Assembly: GCF_964194155.1 (NCBI RefSeq)
Contig: NC_135908.1
Location: 4,774,001 to 4,838,000, forward strand
DNA from: Cetorhinus maximus
Lineage: Eukaryota
DNA length: 64,000 nucleotides
Reading direction: 5' to 3'
Within the stretch, counting starts at the first letter, position 1; each line of letters begins with the position of its first letter. Under the pieces are notes generated by a model. The model searched no databases. It had not been told where the DNA came from and was given only the letters and a program-made list of their open reading frames with translations. A program made the translations under genes and the position numbers. Of the stretch, positions 62,772 to 64,000 are shown piece after piece.

Positions 62772-63340
62772 GTATGAACGTATGAACCTATGAATTAGGA
62801 GCAGGAGTAGACCACGTGGTCCTTCAAGCCTGCTCCGCCATTCAATAAGATCATGGCTAATCTGATTTTAACTTCAACCCCACATTCCTGCCTACCCCTG
62901 ATAACCTTTCACCCTCTTGCTTATTCAGAATCTATCTACATCTGCTTTAAAAACATTCGGAGATTCTGCTTCCACTGCTCTTTGAGGGAGAGAGTTCCAA
63001 ATACTCACCACTCTCTGAGAGAACAAAATCTCCTCACCTCTGTCTTAAATGAGCGATCCTTTATTTTTAAACAGTGACCCCTAGTTCTAGATTCTCCCAC
63101 AAAAGGAAACATCCTCTCCGCATGCACCCTGTCCAGTCACTTCAGGATCTTATATTTTCAATCAAGTCACCTCTTACTCTTCTAAACTCCAGCGAATACA
63201 AGCCTAACCTGTCCAATCTTTCTTCATATGACAGCCCCTCCAAATCTAGATATTAATCTAGTAAACCTTCTCTGAACTGCTACCAATACAGTTACATCTT
63301 TCCTTAAAGAAAGAGACCAATACTGTACACAGTACTCCAG
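62772..63340 (-). mobile_element. CR1-type LINE 3' fragment
   Basis: Same subfamily as 12497-12843, inverted. Confidence 0.85.
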
Positions 63341-63499
63341 CACATGTGTCAATTGCACTCCTCTAATGTAAAATTCCCATCATGTTCCATTTGAAGATAA
63401 CCAGAAAAAGACAAGGGAAAAGGATTTGCATTTACATAGCACCTTCGGATGTCCTTAAGCACTTCACAGCCAATTGTTTGCTCTTGAATTGCAGGGAAC

Positions 63500-63873
63500 A
63501 GATAAGATCCTGAGGGGCCTTGACATGGTGGATGTGAAGAGGATGTTTCCTCTTGTGGGAGAATCTAGGACTAGGGGTCACTGTTTAAAAATAAGGGGCT
63601 GCCTGTTTGAACAGAGATGGGAATTTTTTTCTCTCAGAGGGTGGTGAGTCTTTTGAACTCTGTTTCTCAAGAGACAGTGGAAGCAGAGCCTTTGAATATT
63701 TTTAAGGCAGAGCTCGATAGGTTCTTGATTAGCAAGAAGGTGAAAGGATATCGGGGATAAGAGGGAATATGGAGTTGAGGTTACAATCAGATCAGCCATG
63801 ATCTTATTGAATGGCGGATCAGGCTCGAGGGGCTGAGTGGCCTACTCCTGCTCCTAATTCACATGTTCGTATG
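63500..63873 (+). mobile_element. CR1-type LINE 3' fragment
   Basis: gagaatctaggactaggggtcactgtttaaaaataagggg...cctactcctgctcctaattcacatgttcgtatg. Confidence 0.85.
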
Positions 63874-64000
63874 AACCCAGCAGCCAATTTGCACACAGCA
63901 AACTTCCACAAACAGCAAAGTGAAAATGATCGGATCATCTGTTTTAATGATCTTGGTTGAGGGGTAAATATCAGCTAGGACATGTTGCAAGCCTGACTGA

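Overview
Vertebrate genomic DNA, most likely from a cartilaginous fish (shark). This is inferred from the dense CR1/L2/RTE LINE, DeuSINE, tRNA-SINE, Penelope and MITE repertoire. Three protein genes were reconstructed by hand: a single-exon GAS1-family gene (10591-11394, -); a complete 7-exon FBXO22 (25175-42189, +, 401 aa, intron 5 is GC-AG); and a convergent NRG4-like EGF/transmembrane gene (four coding exons, 58000-50157, -, 135 aa). The first ~3 kb look like the terminal exon (CAAX 'CSLQ*') and 3' UTR of an upstream + strand gene, possibly ULK3. Items the ORF track does not reveal: an RPS28 processed pseudogene inside FBXO22 intron 5; a tRNA-Ile(AAT)::CR1 chimera; four degenerate Penelope-type minimal hammerhead ribozyme motifs; an intronic minisatellite carrying ~35 RFX-type half-sites next to the FBXO22 promoter; a hairpin-rich Harbinger-like MITE; and a phase-compatible signal-peptide exon candidate upstream of NRG4. 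No CRISPR or prokaryotic system is present. Repeat boundaries are approximate. Family names and comparisons with human genes rest on recalled sequences, not on database searches.
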